Shown piece by piece: positions 1-15,000 of a DNA stretch of 64,000 nucleotides (positions are counted from its first letter, which is position 1; every line of letters starts with the position of its first letter). The notes under the pieces are model-generated. The model saw nothing but the letters and a program-made list of their open reading frames with translations, did no database searches and had not been told where the DNA came from. The position numbers were made by a program, and so were the translations under genes. Source of the DNA: Nemertoderma westbladi (lineage: Eukaryota; Animalia; Xenacoelomorpha); assembly GCA_032718475.1 (NCBI GenBank), contig JAUCBJ010001490.1, positions 62,001 through 126,000 of the forward strand, given 5' to 3'.

Positions 1-3000
1 AACAAGTTTCGGAAACAAGTTGCAGAATCTTGTTGTACTCCTCACCACAGAAACAAGTTTCGGAAACAAGTTGCAGAAACGTGTTGCTGGACTCCCTCAC
101 ACACAGAAACAAGTTTCGGAAACAAGTTGTAGAAAGTTGTTGGACTCCTCACCACAGAAACAAGTTTCGGAAACAAGTTGCAGAAACTTGTTGGACTCCT
201 CACCACAGAAACAAGTTTCGGAAACAAGTTGCAGAGACTTATTGGACTCCTCACACACAGAAACAAGTTTTGGAAACAAGTTGCAGAAACGTGTTGCTGG
301 GCTCCTCACACACAAAACAAGTTTCGGAAACAAGTTGTAGAAACCTGTTGCTGGACTCTTCCACACAGAAACAAGTTGCAGAAATTTGTTTGATTCCTCG
401 CCACAGAAACAAGTTTCGGAAACAAGTTGCAGCAACTTGTTGCTGGGCTCCTCACACACAAAACAAGTTTCGGAAACAAGTTGTAGAAACTTGTTGCTGG
501 ACTACTCACCACAGAAACAAGTTTCGGAAACAAGTTGCAGAAACTTGTTGGACTCCTCACACACAGAAACAATTTGCAGAAACTTGTTGCTGGACTCCTC
601 ACACACAGAAACAAGTTGCAGAAACGTGTTGCTGGGCTCCTCACACACAGAAACAAGTTGCAGAAACGTGTTGCTGGACTCCCTCACACACAGAAACAAG
701 TTTCGGAAACAAGTTGCAGAAACTTGTTGGACTCCTCGCCACAGAAAAAAGTTGCAGAAACTTGTTGGACTCCTCACCACAGAAACAAGTTTCGGAAACA
801 AGTTGCAGAAACTTATTGGACTCCTCACACACAGAAACAAGTTGCAGAAACGTGTTGCTGGACTCCCTCACACACAGAAACAAGTTTCGGAAACAAGTTG
901 CAGAAACTTGTTGGACTCCTCGCCACAGAAAAAAGTTGCAGAAACTTGTTGGACTCCTCACCACAGAAACAAGTTTCGGAAACAAGTTGCAGAAACTTAT
1001 TGGACTCCTCACACACAGAAACAAGTTGCAGAAACGTGTTGCAGGACTCCCTCACACACAGAAACAAGTTTCGGAAACAAGTTGCAGAAACTTGTTGGAC
1101 TCCTCACCACAGAAACAAATTGCAGAAACTTGTTGGACTCCTCGCCATTGAAACAAGTTTCGGAAACAAGTTGCAGAAACTTGTTGGACTCCTCGCCATA
1201 GAAACAAGTTTCGGAAACAAGTTGCAGAAACTTGTTGGACTCCTCACCACAGAAACAAGTTTCGGAAACAAGTTGCAGAAACTTGTTGGACTCCTCGCCA
1301 TAGAAACAAGTTTCGGAAACAAGTTGCAGAAACTTGTTGGACTCCTCGCCATAGAAACAAGTTTCGGAAACAAGTTGCAGAAACTTGTTGGACTCCTCAC
1401 ACACAGAAACAAGTTTCGGAAACAAGTTGCAGAAATTTGTTGGACTCCTCACCACAGAAACAAGTTTCGGAAACAAGTTGCAGAAACTTGTTGGACTCCT
1501 CACACACAGAAACAAGTTTCGGAAACAAGTTGCAGAAACTTGTTGGACTCCTCACACACAGAAACAAGTTTCGGAAACAAGTTGTAGAAACTTGTTGGAC
1601 TCCTCACACACAGAAAGAAGTTTTGGAAACAAGTTGCAGAAACGTGTTGCTGGGCTCCTCACACACAAAACAAGTTTCGGAAACAAGTTGTAGAAACCTG
1701 TTGCTGGACTCTTCCACACAGAAACAAGTTGCAGAAATTTGTTTGATTCCTCGCCACAGAAACAAGTTTCGGAAACAAGTTGCAGCAACTTGTTGCTGGG
1801 CTCCTCACACACAAAACAAGTTTCGGAAACAAGTTGTAGAAACTTGTTGCTGGACTCCTCACCACAGAAACAAGTTTCGGAAACAAGTTGCAGAAACTTG
1901 TTGGACTCCTCACACACAGAAACAAGTTGCAGAAACGTGTTGCTGGACTCCCTCACACACAGAAACAAGTTTCGGAAACAAGTTGCAGAAACTTGTTGGA
2001 CTCCTCGCCCCAGAAAAAAGTTGCAGAAACTTGTTGGACTCCTCACCACAGAAACAAGTTTCGGAAACAAGTTGCAGAAACTTATTGGACTCCTCACACA
2101 CAGAAACAAGTTGCAGAAACGTGTTGCAGGACTCCCTCACACACAGAAACAAGTTTCGGAAGCAAGTTGCAGAAACTTGTTGGACTCCTCACCACAGAAA
2201 CTTGTTGGACTCCTCGCCATTGAAACAAGTTTCGGAAACAAGTTGCAGAAACTTGTTGGACTCCTCACCATAGAAACAAGTTTCGGAAACAAGTTGCAGA
2301 AACTTGTTGGACTCCTCACCACAGAAACAAGTTTCGGAAACAAGTTGCAGAAACTTGTTGGACTCCTCGCCATAGAAACAAGTTTCGGAAACAAGTTGCA
2401 GAAACTTGTTGGACTCCTCGCCATAGAAACAAGTTTCGGAAACAAGTTGCAGAAACTTGTTGGACTCCTCACACACAGAAACAAGTTTCGGAAACAAGTT
2501 GCAGAAATTTGTTGGACTCCTCACCACAGAAACAAGTTTCGGAAACAAGTTGCAGAAACTTGTTGGACTCCTCACACACAGAAACAAGTTTCGGAAACAA
2601 GTTGCAGAAACTTGTTGGACTCCTCACACACAGAAACAAGTTTCGGAAACAAGTTGCAGAAACTTGTTGGACTCCTCACACACAGAAAGAAGTTTTGGAA
2701 ACAAGTTGCAAAAACGTGTTGCTGGACTCCCTCACACACAGAAACAAGTTTCGGTAACAAGTTGCAGAAACTTGTTGGACTCCTCACACACAGAAACAAG
2801 TTGCAGAAACTTGTTGGACTCCTCACCACAGAAACAAATTTCGGAAACAAGTTGCAGAAACTTGTTGGACTCCTCGCCATAGAAACAAGTTTCGGAAACA
2901 AGTTGCAGAAACTTGTTGGACTCCTCACACACAGAAACAAGTTTCGGAAACAAGTTGCAGAAACTTGTTGGACTCCTCACCACAGAAACAAGTTTCGGAA

Positions 3001-6000
3001 ACAAGTTGCAGAGACTTATTGGACTCCTCACACACAGAAACAAGTTTTGGAAACAAGTTGCAGAAACGTGTTGCTGGGCTCCTCACACACAAAACAAGTT
3101 TCGGAAACAAGTTGTAGAAACCTGTTGCTGGACTCTTCCACACAGAAACAAGTTGCAGAAATTTGTTTGATTCCTCGCCACAGAAACAAGTTTCGGAAAC
3201 AAGTTGCAGCAACTTGTTGCTGGGCTCCTCACACACAAAACAAGTTTCGGAAACAAGTTGTAGAAACTTGTTGCTGGACTACTCACCACAGAAACAAGTT
3301 TCGGAAACAAGTTGCAGAAACTTGTTGGACTCCTCACACACAGAAACAAGTTGCAGAAACGTGTTGCTGGACTCCCTCACACACAGCAACAAGTTTCGGA
3401 AACAAGTTGCAGAAACTTGTTGGACTCCTCGCCACAGAAAAAAGTTGCAGAAACTTGTTGGACTCCTCACCACAGAAACAAGTTTCGGAAACAAGTTGCA
3501 GAAACTTATTGGACTCCTCACACACAGAAACAAGTTGCAGAAACGTGTTGCAGGACTCCCTCACACACAGAAACAAGTTTCGGAAACAAGTTGCAGAAAC
3601 TTGTTGGACTCCTCACCACAGAAACAAATTGCAGAAACTTGTTGGACTCCTCGCCATTGAAACAAGTTTCGGAAACAAGTTGCAGAAACTTGTTGGACTC
3701 CTCGCCATAGAAACAAGTTTCGGAAACAAGTTGCAGAAACTTGTTGGACTCCTCACCACAGAAACAAGTTTCGGAAACAAGTTGCAGAAACTTGTTGGAC
3801 TCCTCGCCATAGAAACAAGTTTCGGAAACAAGTTGCAGAAACTTGTTGGACTCCTCGCCATAGAAACAAGTTTCGGAAACAAGTTGCAGAAACTTGTTGG
3901 ACTCCTCACACACAGAAACAAGTTTCGGAAACAAGTTGCAGAAACTTGTTGGACTCCTCACACACAGAAAGAAGTTTTGGAAACAAGTTGCAAAAACGTG
4001 TTGCTGGACTCCCTCACACACAGAAACAAGTTTCGGTAACAAGTTGCAGAAACTTGTTGGACTCCTCACACACAGAAACAAGTTGCAGAAACTTGTTGGA
4101 CTCCTCACACACAGAAATAAGTTTCAGAAACAAGTTGCAGAAACTTGTTGGACTCCTCGCCATAGAAACAAGTTTCGGAAACAAGTTGCAGAATCTTGTT
4201 GTACTCCTCACCACAGAAACAAGTTTCGGAAACAAGTTGCAGAAACGTGTTGCAGAAACTTGTTGGACTCCTCACACACAGAAATAAGTTTCGGAAACAA
4301 GTTGCAGAAACTTGTTGGACTCCTCGCCATAGAAACAAGTTTCGGAAACAAGTTGCAGAAACTTGTTGGACTCCTCACCACAGAAACAAGTTTCGGAAAC
4401 AAGTTGCAGAAACTTGTTGGACTCCTCGCCATAGAAACAAGTTTCGGAAACAAGTTGCAGAAACTTGTTGGACTCCTCGCCATAGAAACAAGTTTCGGAA
4501 ACAAGTTGCAGAAACTTGTTGGACTCCTCACACACAGAAACAAGTTTCGGAAACAAGTTGCAGAAACTTGTTGGACTCCTCACACACAGAAAGAAGTTTT
4601 GGAAACAAGTTGCAAAAACGTGTTGCTGGACTCCCTCACACACAGAAACAAGTTTCGGTAACAAGTTGCAGAAACTTGTTGGACTCCTCACACACAGAAA
4701 CAAGTTGCAGAAACTTGTTGGACTCCTCACACACAGAAATAAGTTTCGGAAACAAGTTGCAGAAACTTGTTGGACTCCTCGCCATAGAAACAAGTTTCGG
4801 AAACAAGTTGCAGAATCTTGTTGTACTCCTCACCACAGAAACAAGTTTCGGAAACAAGTTGCAGAAACGTGTTGCTGGACTCCCTCACACACAGAAACAA
4901 GTTTCGGAAACAAGTTGTAGAAAGTTGTTGGACTCCTCACCACAGAAACAAGTTTCGGAAACAAGTTGCAGAAACTTATTGGACTCCTCACACACAGAAA
5001 CAAGTTGCAGAAACGTGTTGCAGGACTCCCTCACACACAGAAACAAGTTTCGGAAGCAAGTTGCAGAAACTTGTTGGACTCCTCACCACAGAAACTTGTT
5101 GGACTCCTCGCCATTGAAACAAGTTTCGGAAACAAGTTGCAGAAACTTGTTGGACTCCTCACCATAGAAACAAGTTTCGGAAACAAGTTGCAGAAACTTG
5201 TTGGACTCCTCACCACAGAAACAAGTTTCGGAAACAAGTTGCAGAAACTTGTTGGACTCCTCGCCATAGAAACAAGTTTCGGAAACAAGTTGCAGAAACT
5301 TGTTGGACTCCTCGCCATAGAAACAAGTTTCGGAAACAAGTTGCAGAAACTTGTTGGACTCCTCACACACAGAAACAAGTTTCGGAAACAAGTTGCAGAA
5401 ATTTGTTGGACTCCTCACCACAGAAACAAGTTTCGGAAACAAGTTGCAGAAACTTGTTGGACTCCTCACACACAGAAACAAGTTTCGGAAACAAGTTGCA
5501 GAAACTTGTTGGACTCCTCACACACAGAAACAAGTTTCGGAAACAAGTTGCAGAAACTTGTTGGACTCCTCACACACAGAAAGAAGTTTTGGAAACAAGT
5601 TGCAAAAACGTGTTGCTGGACTCCCTCACACACAGAAACAAGTTTCGGTAACAAGTTGCAGAAACTTGTTGGACTCCTCACACACAGAAACAAGTTGCAG
5701 AAACTTGTTGGACTCCTCACCACAGAAACAAATTTCGGAAACAAGTTGCAGAAACTTGTTGGACTCCTCGCCATAGAAACAAGTTTCGGAAACAAGTTGC
5801 AGAAACTTGTTGGACTCCTCACACACAGAAACAAGTTTCGGAAACAAGTTGCAGAAACTTGTTGGACTCCTCACCACAGAAACAAGTTTCGGAAACAAGT
5901 TGCAGAGACTTATTGGACTCCTCACACACAGAAACAAGTTTTGGAAACAAGTTGCAGAAACGTGTTGCTGGGCTCCTCACACACAAAACAAGTTTCGGAA

Positions 6001-9000
6001 ACAAGTTGTAGAAACCTGTTGCTGGACTCTTCCACACAGAAACAAGTTGCAGAAATTTGTTTGATTCCTCGCCACAGAAACAAGTTTCGGAAACAAGTTG
6101 CAGCAACTTGTTGCTGGGCTCCTCACACACAAAACAAGTTTCGGAAACAAGTTGTAGAAACTTGTTGCTGGACTACTCACCACAGAAACAAGTTTCGGAA
6201 ACAAGTTGCAGAAACTTGTTGGACTCCTCACACACAGAAACAAGTTGCAGAAACGTGTTGCTGGACTCCCTCACACACAGCAACAAGTTTCGGAAACAAG
6301 TTGCAGAAACTTGTTGGACTCCTCGCCACAGAAAAAAGTTGCAGAAACTTGTTGGACTCCTCACCACAGAAACAAGTTTCGGAAACAAGTTGCAGAAACT
6401 TATTGGACTCCTCACACACAGAAACAAGTTGCAGAAACGTGTTGCAGGACTCCCTCACACACAGAAACAAGTTTCGGAAACAAGTTGCAGAAACTTGTTG
6501 GACTCCTCACCACAGAAACAAATTGCAGAAACTTGTTGGACTCCTCGCCATTGAAACAAGTTTCGGAAACAAGTTGCAGAAACTTGTTGGACTCCTCGCC
6601 ATAGAAACAAGTTTCGGAAACAAGTTGCAGAAACTTGTTGGACTCCTCACCACAGAAACAAGTTTCGGAAACAAGTTGCAGAAACTTGTTGGACTCCTCG
6701 CCATAGAAACAAGTTTCGGAAACAAGTTGCAGAAACTTGTTGGACTCCTCGCCATAGAAACAAGTTTCGGAAACAAGTTGCAGAAACTTGTTGGACTCCT
6801 CACACACAGAAACAAGTTTCGGAAACAAGTTGCAGAAACTTGTTGGACTCCTCACACACAGAAAGAAGTTTTGGAAACAAGTTGCAAAAACGTGTTGCTG
6901 GACTCCCTCACACACAGAAACAAGTTTCGGTAACAAGTTGCAGAAACTTGTTGGACTCCTCACACACAGAAACAAGTTGCAGAAACTTGTTGGACTCCTC
7001 ACACACAGAAATAAGTTTCAGAAACAAGTTGCAGAAACTTGTTGGACTCCTCGCCATAGAAACAAGTTTCGGAAACAAGTTGCAGAATCTTGTTGTACTC
7101 CTCACCACAGAAACAAGTTTCGGAAACAAGTTGCAGAAACGTGTTGCAGAAACTTGTTGGACTCCTCACACACAGAAATAAGTTTCGGAAACAAGTTGCA
7201 GAAACTTGTTGGACTCCTCGCCATAGAAACAAGTTTCGGAAACAAGTTGCAGAAACTTGTTGGACTCCTCACCACAGAAACAAGTTTCGGAAACAAGTTG
7301 CAGAAACTTGTTGGACTCCTCGCCATAGAAACAAGTTTCGGAAACAAGTTGCAGAAACTTGTTGGACTCCTCGCCATAGAAACAAGTTTCGGAAACAAGT
7401 TGCAGAAACTTGTTGGACTCCTCACACACAGAAACAAGTTTCGGAAACAAGTTGCAGAAACTTGTTGGACTCCTCACACACAGAAAGAAGTTTTGGAAAC
7501 AAGTTGCAAAAACGTGTTGCTGGACTCCCTCACACACAGAAACAAGTTTCGGTAACAAGTTGCAGAAACTTGTTGGACTCCTCACACACAGAAACAAGTT
7601 GCAGAAACTTGTTGGACTCCTCACACACAGAAATAAGTTTCGGAAACAAGTTGCAGAAACTTGTTGGACTCCTCGCCATAGAAACAAGTTTCGGAAACAA
7701 GTTGCAGAATCTTGTTGTACTCCTCACCACAGAAACAAGTTTCGGAAACAAGTTGCAGAAACGTGTTGCTGGACTCCCTCACACACAGAAACAAGTTTCG
7801 GAAACAAGTTGTAGAAAGTTGTTGGACTCCTCACCACAGAAACAAGTTTCGGAAACAAGTTGCAGAAACTTGTTGGACTCCTCACCACAGAAACAAGTTT
7901 CGGAAACAAGTTGCAGAGACTTATTGGACTCCTCACACACAGAAACAAGTTTTGGAAACAAGTTGCAGAAACGTGTTGCTGGGCTCCTCACACACAAAAC
8001 AAGTTTCGGAAACAAGTTGTAGAAACCTGTTGCTGGACTCTTCCACACAGAAACAAGTTGCAGAAATTTGTTTGATTCCTCGCCACAGAAACAAGTTTCG
8101 GAAACAAGTTGCAGCAACTTGTTGCTGGGCTCCTCACACACAAAACAAGTTTCGGAAACAAGTTGTAGAAACTTGTTGCTGGACTACTCACCACAGAAAC
8201 AAGTTTCGGAAACAAGTTGCAGAAACTTGTTGGACTCCTCACACACAGAAACAATTTGCAGAAACTTGTTGCTGGACTCCTCACACACAGAAACAAGTTG
8301 CAGAAACGTGTTGCTGGGCTCCTCACACACAGAAACAAGTTGCAGAAACGTGTTGCTGGACTCCCTCACACACAGAAACAAGTTTCGGAAACAAGTTGCA
8401 GAAACTTGTTGGACTCCTCGCCACAGAAAAAAGTTGCAGAAACTTGTTGGACTCCTCACCACAGAAACAAGTTTCGGAAACAAGTTGCAGAAACTTATTG
8501 GACTCCTCACACACAGAAACAAGTTGCAGAAACGTGTTGCAGGACTCCCTCACACACAGAAACAAGTTTCGGAAACAAGTTGCAGAAACTTGTTGGACTC
8601 CTCACCACAGAAACAAATTGCAGAAACTTGTTGGACTCCTCGCCATTGAAACAAGTTGCAGAAACTTGTTGGACTCCTCGCCATAGAAACAAGTTTCGGA
8701 AACAAGTTGCAGAAACTTGTTGGACTCCTCACCACAGAAACAAGTTTCGGAAACAAGTTGCAGAAACTTGTTGGACTCCTCGCCATAGAAACAAGTTTCG
8801 GAAACAAGTTGCAGAAACTTGTTGGACTCCTCGCCATAGAAACAAGTTTCGGAAACAAGTTGCAGAAACTTGTTGGACTCCTCACACACAGAAACAAGTT
8901 TCGGAAACAAGTTGCAGAAATTTGTTGGACTCCTCACCACAGAAACAAGTTTCGGAAACAAGTTGCAGAAACTTGTTGGACTCCTCACACACAGAAACAA

Positions 9001-12000
9001 GTTTCGGAAACAAGTTGCAGAAACTTGTTGGACTCCTCACACACAGAAACAAGTTTCGGAAACAAGTTGCAGAAACTTGTTGGACTCCTCACACACAGAA
9101 AGAAGTTTTGGAAACAAGTTGCAAAAACGTGTTGCTGGACTCCCTCACACACAGAAACAAGTTTCGGTAACAAGTTGCAGAAACTTGTTGGACTCCTCAC
9201 ACACAGAAACAAGTTGCAGAAACTTGTTGGACTCCTCACACACAGAAATAAGTTTCGGAAACAAGTTGCAGAAACTTGTTGGACTCCTCGCCATAGAAAC
9301 AAGTTTCGGAAACAAGTTGCAGAATCTTGTTGTACTCCTCACCACAGAAACAAGTTTCGGAAACAAGTTGCAGAAACGTGTTGCTGGACTCCCTCACACA
9401 CAGAAACAAGTTTCGGAAACAAGTTGTAGAAAGTTGTTGGACTCCTCACCACAGAAACAAGTTTCGGAAACAAGTTGCAGAAACGTGTTGCTGGACTCCC
9501 TCACACACAGAAACAAGTTTCGGAAACAAGTTGTAGAAACTTGATGGACTCCTCGCCACAGAAACAAGTTTCGGAAACAAGTTGCAGAAACTTGTTGGAC
9601 TCCTCGCCATAGAGACAAGTTTCGGAAACAAATTTCGGAAACAAGTTTCAGAAACAAGTTGCAGAAACTTGTTGGACTCCTCACACACAGAAACAAGTTT
9701 CTGAAACAAGTTGCAGAAACTTGTTGGACTCCTCGCCATAGAAACAAGTTTCGGAAACAAATTTCGGAAACAAGTTTCAGAAACAAGTTGCAGAAACTTG
9801 TTGGACTCCTCACACACAGAAACAAGTTTCTGAAACAAGTTGCAGAAACTTGTTGGACTCCTCACCACAGAAACAAGTTTCGGAAATAAGTTGCAGAAAC
9901 TTGTTGGACTCCTCACACACATAAACAACTTGCAGAAACGTGTTGCTGGACTCCCTCACACACAGAAACAAGTTTCGGAAACAAGTTGCAGGAACTTGTT
10001 GCTGGACTCTTCACACACAGAAACAAGTTTCGGAAAAAAGTTATAGAAACTTGAGGGACTCCTCACCACAGAAACAAGTTACAGAAACTTATTGCTGGAC
10101 TCCTCACACACAGAAACAAGTTTCGGAAACAAGTTGCAGGAACTTGTTGGACTCCTCACACACAGAAACAATTTGCAGAAACTTGTTGCTGGACTCCTCA
10201 CACACAGAAACAAGTTTCCGAAACCAGTTGCAGAAACTTGTTGGACTCCTCACACACAGAAACAATTTGCAGAAACTTGTTGCTGGACTCCTCACACACA
10301 GAAACAAGTTTCGGAAACCAGTTGCAGAAACTTGTTGGACTCTTCATACACAGAAACAAGTTTCGGAAACAAGTTGCAGGAACTTGTTGGACTCCTCACA
10401 CACAGAAACAATTTGCAGAAACTTGTTGCTGGACTCCTCACACACAGAAATAACTTTCGGAAACCAGTTGCAGAAACTTGTTGGACTCTTCATACACAGA
10501 AACAAGTTTCGGAAACAAGTTGCAGGAACTTGTAGCTGGACTCTTCACACACAAAAACAAGTTTCGGAAACCAGTTGCAGAAACTTGTTGGTCTCTTCAT
10601 ACACAGAAACAAGTTTCGGAAACAAGTTGCAGGAACTTGTTGGACTCCTCACACACAGAAACAATTTGCAGAAACTTGTTGCTGGACTCCTCACACACAG
10701 AAATAACTTTCGGAAACCAGTTGCAGAAACTTGTTGGACTCTTCATACACAGAAACAAGTTTCGGAAACAAGTTGCAGGAACTTGTAGCTGGACTCTTCA
10801 CACACAAAAACAAGTTTCAGAAACTTGATGCTGGGCTCCTCACACACAGAAACAAGTTTCGGAAACAAGTTTCAGAAACTTGTTGCCGGACTCATCACAC
10901 ACAGAAACAAGATTCGGAAACAAGTTGCAGAAACGTGTTGCTGGGCTCCTCACACACAAAACAAGTTTCGGAAACAAGTTGTAGAAACCTGTTGCTGGAC
11001 TCTTCCACACAGAAACAAGTTGCCGAAATTTGTTTGATTCCTCGCCAAAGAAACAAGTTTCGGAAACAAGTTGCAGCAACTTGTTGCTGGGCTCCTCACA
11101 CACATAACAAGTTTCGGAAACAAGTTGTAGAAACTTGTTGCTGGACTCCTCACCACAGAAACAAGTTTCCGAAACAAGTTGCAGAAACTTGTTGGACTCC
11201 TCACACACAGAAACAAGTTGCAGAAACGTGTTGCTGGACTCCCTCACACACAGAAACAAGTTTCGGAAACAAGTTGCAGAAACTTGTTGGACTCCTCGCC
11301 ACAGAAAAAAGTTGCAGAAACTTGTTGGACTCCTCACCACAGAAACAAGTTTCGGAAACAAGTTGCAGAAACTTATTGGACTCCTCACACACAGAAACAA
11401 GTTGCAGAAACGTGTTGCAGGACTCCCTCACACACAGAAACAAGTTTCGGAAACAAGTTGCAGAAACTTTTTGGACTCCTCACCACAGAAACAAATTGCA
11501 GAAACTTGTTGGACTCCTCGCCATTGAAACAAGTTTCGGAAACAAGTTGCAGAAACTTGTTGGACTCCTCGCCATAGAAACAAGTTTCGGAAACAAGTTG
11601 CAGAAACTTGTTGGACTCCTCACCACAGAAACAAGTTTCGGAAACAAGTTGCAGAAACTTGTTGGACTCCTCACCACAGAAACAAGTTTCGGAAACAAGT
11701 TGCAGAAACTTGTTGGACTCCTCGCCATAGAAACAAATTTCGGAAACAAGTTGCAGAAACTTGTTGGACTCCTCACACACAGAAACAAGTTTCGGAAACA
11801 AGTTGCAGAAACTTGTTGGACTCCTCACCACAGAAACAAGTTTCGGAAACAAGTTGCAGAGACTTATTGGACTCCTCACACACAGAAACAAGTTTTGGAA
11901 ACAAGTTGCAGAAACGTGTTGCTGGACTTCCTCACACACAGAAACAAGTTGCAGAAACTTGTTGGACTCCTCACCACAGAAACAAGTTTCGGAAACAAGT

Positions 12001-15000
12001 TACAGAAACGTGTTGCTGGACTCCCTCACACACAGAAACAAGTTTCGGAAACAAGTTGTAGAAAGTTGTTGGACTCCTCACCACAGAAACAAGTTTCGGA
12101 AACAAGTTGCAGAAACGCGTTGCTGGACTCCCTCACACACAGAAACAAGTTTCGGAAACAAGTTGTAGAAACTTGTTGGACTCCTCACCACAGAAACAAG
12201 TTTCGGAAACAAGTTGCAGAAACGTGTTGCTGGACTCCCTCACACACAGAAACAAATTTCGGAAACAAGTTGCAGAAACTTGTTGGACTCCTCGCCATAC
12301 AAACAAGTTTCGGAAACAAATTTCGGAAACAAGTTTCAGAAACAAGTTGCAGAAACTTGTTGGACTCCTCACACACAGAAACAAGTTTCTGAAACAAGTT
12401 GCAGAAACTTGTTGGACTCCTCACCACAGAAACAAGTTTCGGTAATAAGTTGCAGAAACTTGTTGGACTCCTCACCACAGAAACAAGTTTCGGAAACAAG
12501 TTGCAGAAACTTGTTGGACTTCTCACCACAGAAACAAGTTGCAGAAACGTGTTGCTGGACTCCCTCACACACAGAAACAAGTTTCGGAAACAAGTTGCAG
12601 AAACTTGTTGGACTCCTCACCACAGAAACAAGTTGCAGAAACTTGTTGGACTCCTCACCACAGAAACAAGTTTCGGAAACAAGTTGCAGAAACTTGTTGG
12701 ACTCCTCGCCATAGAAACAAGTTTCGGAAACAAGTTGCAGAAACTTTTTGGACTCCTCACCACAGAAACAAGTTTCGGAAACAAGTTGCAGAAACTTGTT
12801 GGACTCCTTACACACAGAAACAAGTTTCAGAAACAAGTTGCAGAAATTTGTTGGACTCCTCACCACAGAAACAAGTTTCGGAAACAAGTTGCAGAAACTT
12901 GTTGGACTCCTCACACACAGAAACAAGTTTCGGAAACAAGTTGCAGAAACTTGTTGGACTCCTCGCACACAGAAACAAGTTTCGGAAACAAGTTGCAGAA
13001 ACTTGTTGGACTCCTCACACACAGAAAGAAGTTTTGGAAACAAGTTGCAAAAACGTGTTGCTGGACTCCCTCACACACAGAAACAAGTTGCAGAAACTTG
13101 TTGGACTCCTCACACACAGAAATAAGTTTCGGAAACAAGTTGCAGAAACTTGTTGGACTCCTCACACACAGAAACAATTTGCAGAAACTTGTTGCTGGAC
13201 TCCTCACACACAGAAATAACTTTCGGAAACCAGTTGCAGAAACTTGTTGGACTCTTCATACACAGAAACAAGTTTCGGAAACAAGTTGCAGGAACTTGTA
13301 GCTGGACTCTTCACACACAAAAACAAGTTTCAGAAACTTGATGCTGGGCTCCTCACACACAGAAACAAGTTTCGGAAACAAGTTTCAGAAACTTGTTGCC
13401 GGACTCATCACACACAGAAACAAGATTCGGAAACAAGTTGCAGAAACGTGTTGCTGGGCTCCTCACACACAAAACAAGTTTCGGAAACAAGTTGCAGAGA
13501 CTTATTGGACTCCTCACACACAGAAACAAGTTTTGGAAACAAGTTGCAGAAACGTGTTGCTGGACTTCCTCACACACAGAAACAAGTTGCAGAAACTTGT
13601 TGGACTCCTCACCACAGAAACAAGTTTCGGAAACAAGTTACAGAAACGTGTTGCTGGACTCCCTCACACACAGAAACAAGTTTCGGAAACAAGTTGTAGA
13701 AAGTTGTTGGACTCCTCACCACAGAAACAAGTTTCGGAAACAAGTTGCAGAAACGCGTTGCTGGACTCCCTCACACACAGAAACAAGTTTCGGAAACAAG
13801 TTGTAGAAACTTGTTGGACTCCTCACCACAGAAACAAGTTTCGGAAACAAGTTGCAGAAACGTGTTGCTGGACTCCCTCACACACAGAAACAAATTTCGG
13901 AAACAAGTTGCAGAAACTTGTTGGACTCCTCGCCATACAAACAAGTTTCGGAAACAAATTTCGGAAACAAGTTTCAGAAACAAGTTGCAGAAACTTGTTG
14001 GACTCCTCACACACAGAAACAAGTTTCTGAAACAAGTTGCAGAAACTTGTTGGACTCCTCACCACAGAAACAAGTTTCGGTAATAAGTTGCAGAAACTTG
14101 TTGGACTCCTCACCACAGAAACAAGTTTCGGAAACAAGTTGCAGAAACTTGTTGGACTTCTCACCACAGAAACAAGTTGCAGAAACGTGTTGCTGGACTC
14201 CCTCACACACAGAAACAAGTTTCGGAAACAAGTTGCAGAAACTTGTTGGACTCCTCACCACAGAAACAAGTTGCAGAAACTTGTTGGACTCCTCACCACA
14301 GAAACAAGTTTCGGAAACAAGTTGCAGAAACTTGTTGGACTCCTCGCCATAGAAACAAGTTTCGGAAACAAGTTGCAGAAACTTTTTGGACTCCTCACCA
14401 CAGAAACAAGTTTCGGAAACAAGTTGCAGAAACTTGTTGGACTCCTTACACACAGAAACAAGTTTCAGAAACAAGTTGCAGAAATTTGTTGGACTCCTCA
14501 CCACAGAAACAAGTTTCGGAAACAAGTTGCAGAAACTTGTTGGACTCCTCACACACAGAAACAAGTTTCGGAAACAAGTTGCAGAAACTTGTTGGACTCC
14601 TCGCACACAGAAACAAGTTTCGGAAACAAGTTGCAGAAACTTGTTGGACTCCTCACACACAGAAAGAAGTTTTGGAAACAAGTTGCAAAAACGTGTTGCT
14701 GGACTCCCTCACACACAGAAACAAGTTGCAGAAACTTGTTGGACTCCTCACACACAGAAATAAGTTTCGGAAACAAGTTGCAGAAACTTGTTGGACTCCT
14801 CACACACAGAAACAATTTGCAGAAACTTGTTGCTGGACTCCTCACACACAGAAATAACTTTCGGAAACCAGTTGCAGAAACTTGTTGGACTCTTCATACA
14901 CAGAAACAAGTTTCGGAAACAAGTTGCAGGAACTTGTAGCTGGACTCTTCACACACAAAAACAAGTTTCAGAAACTTGATGCTGGGCTCCTCACACACAG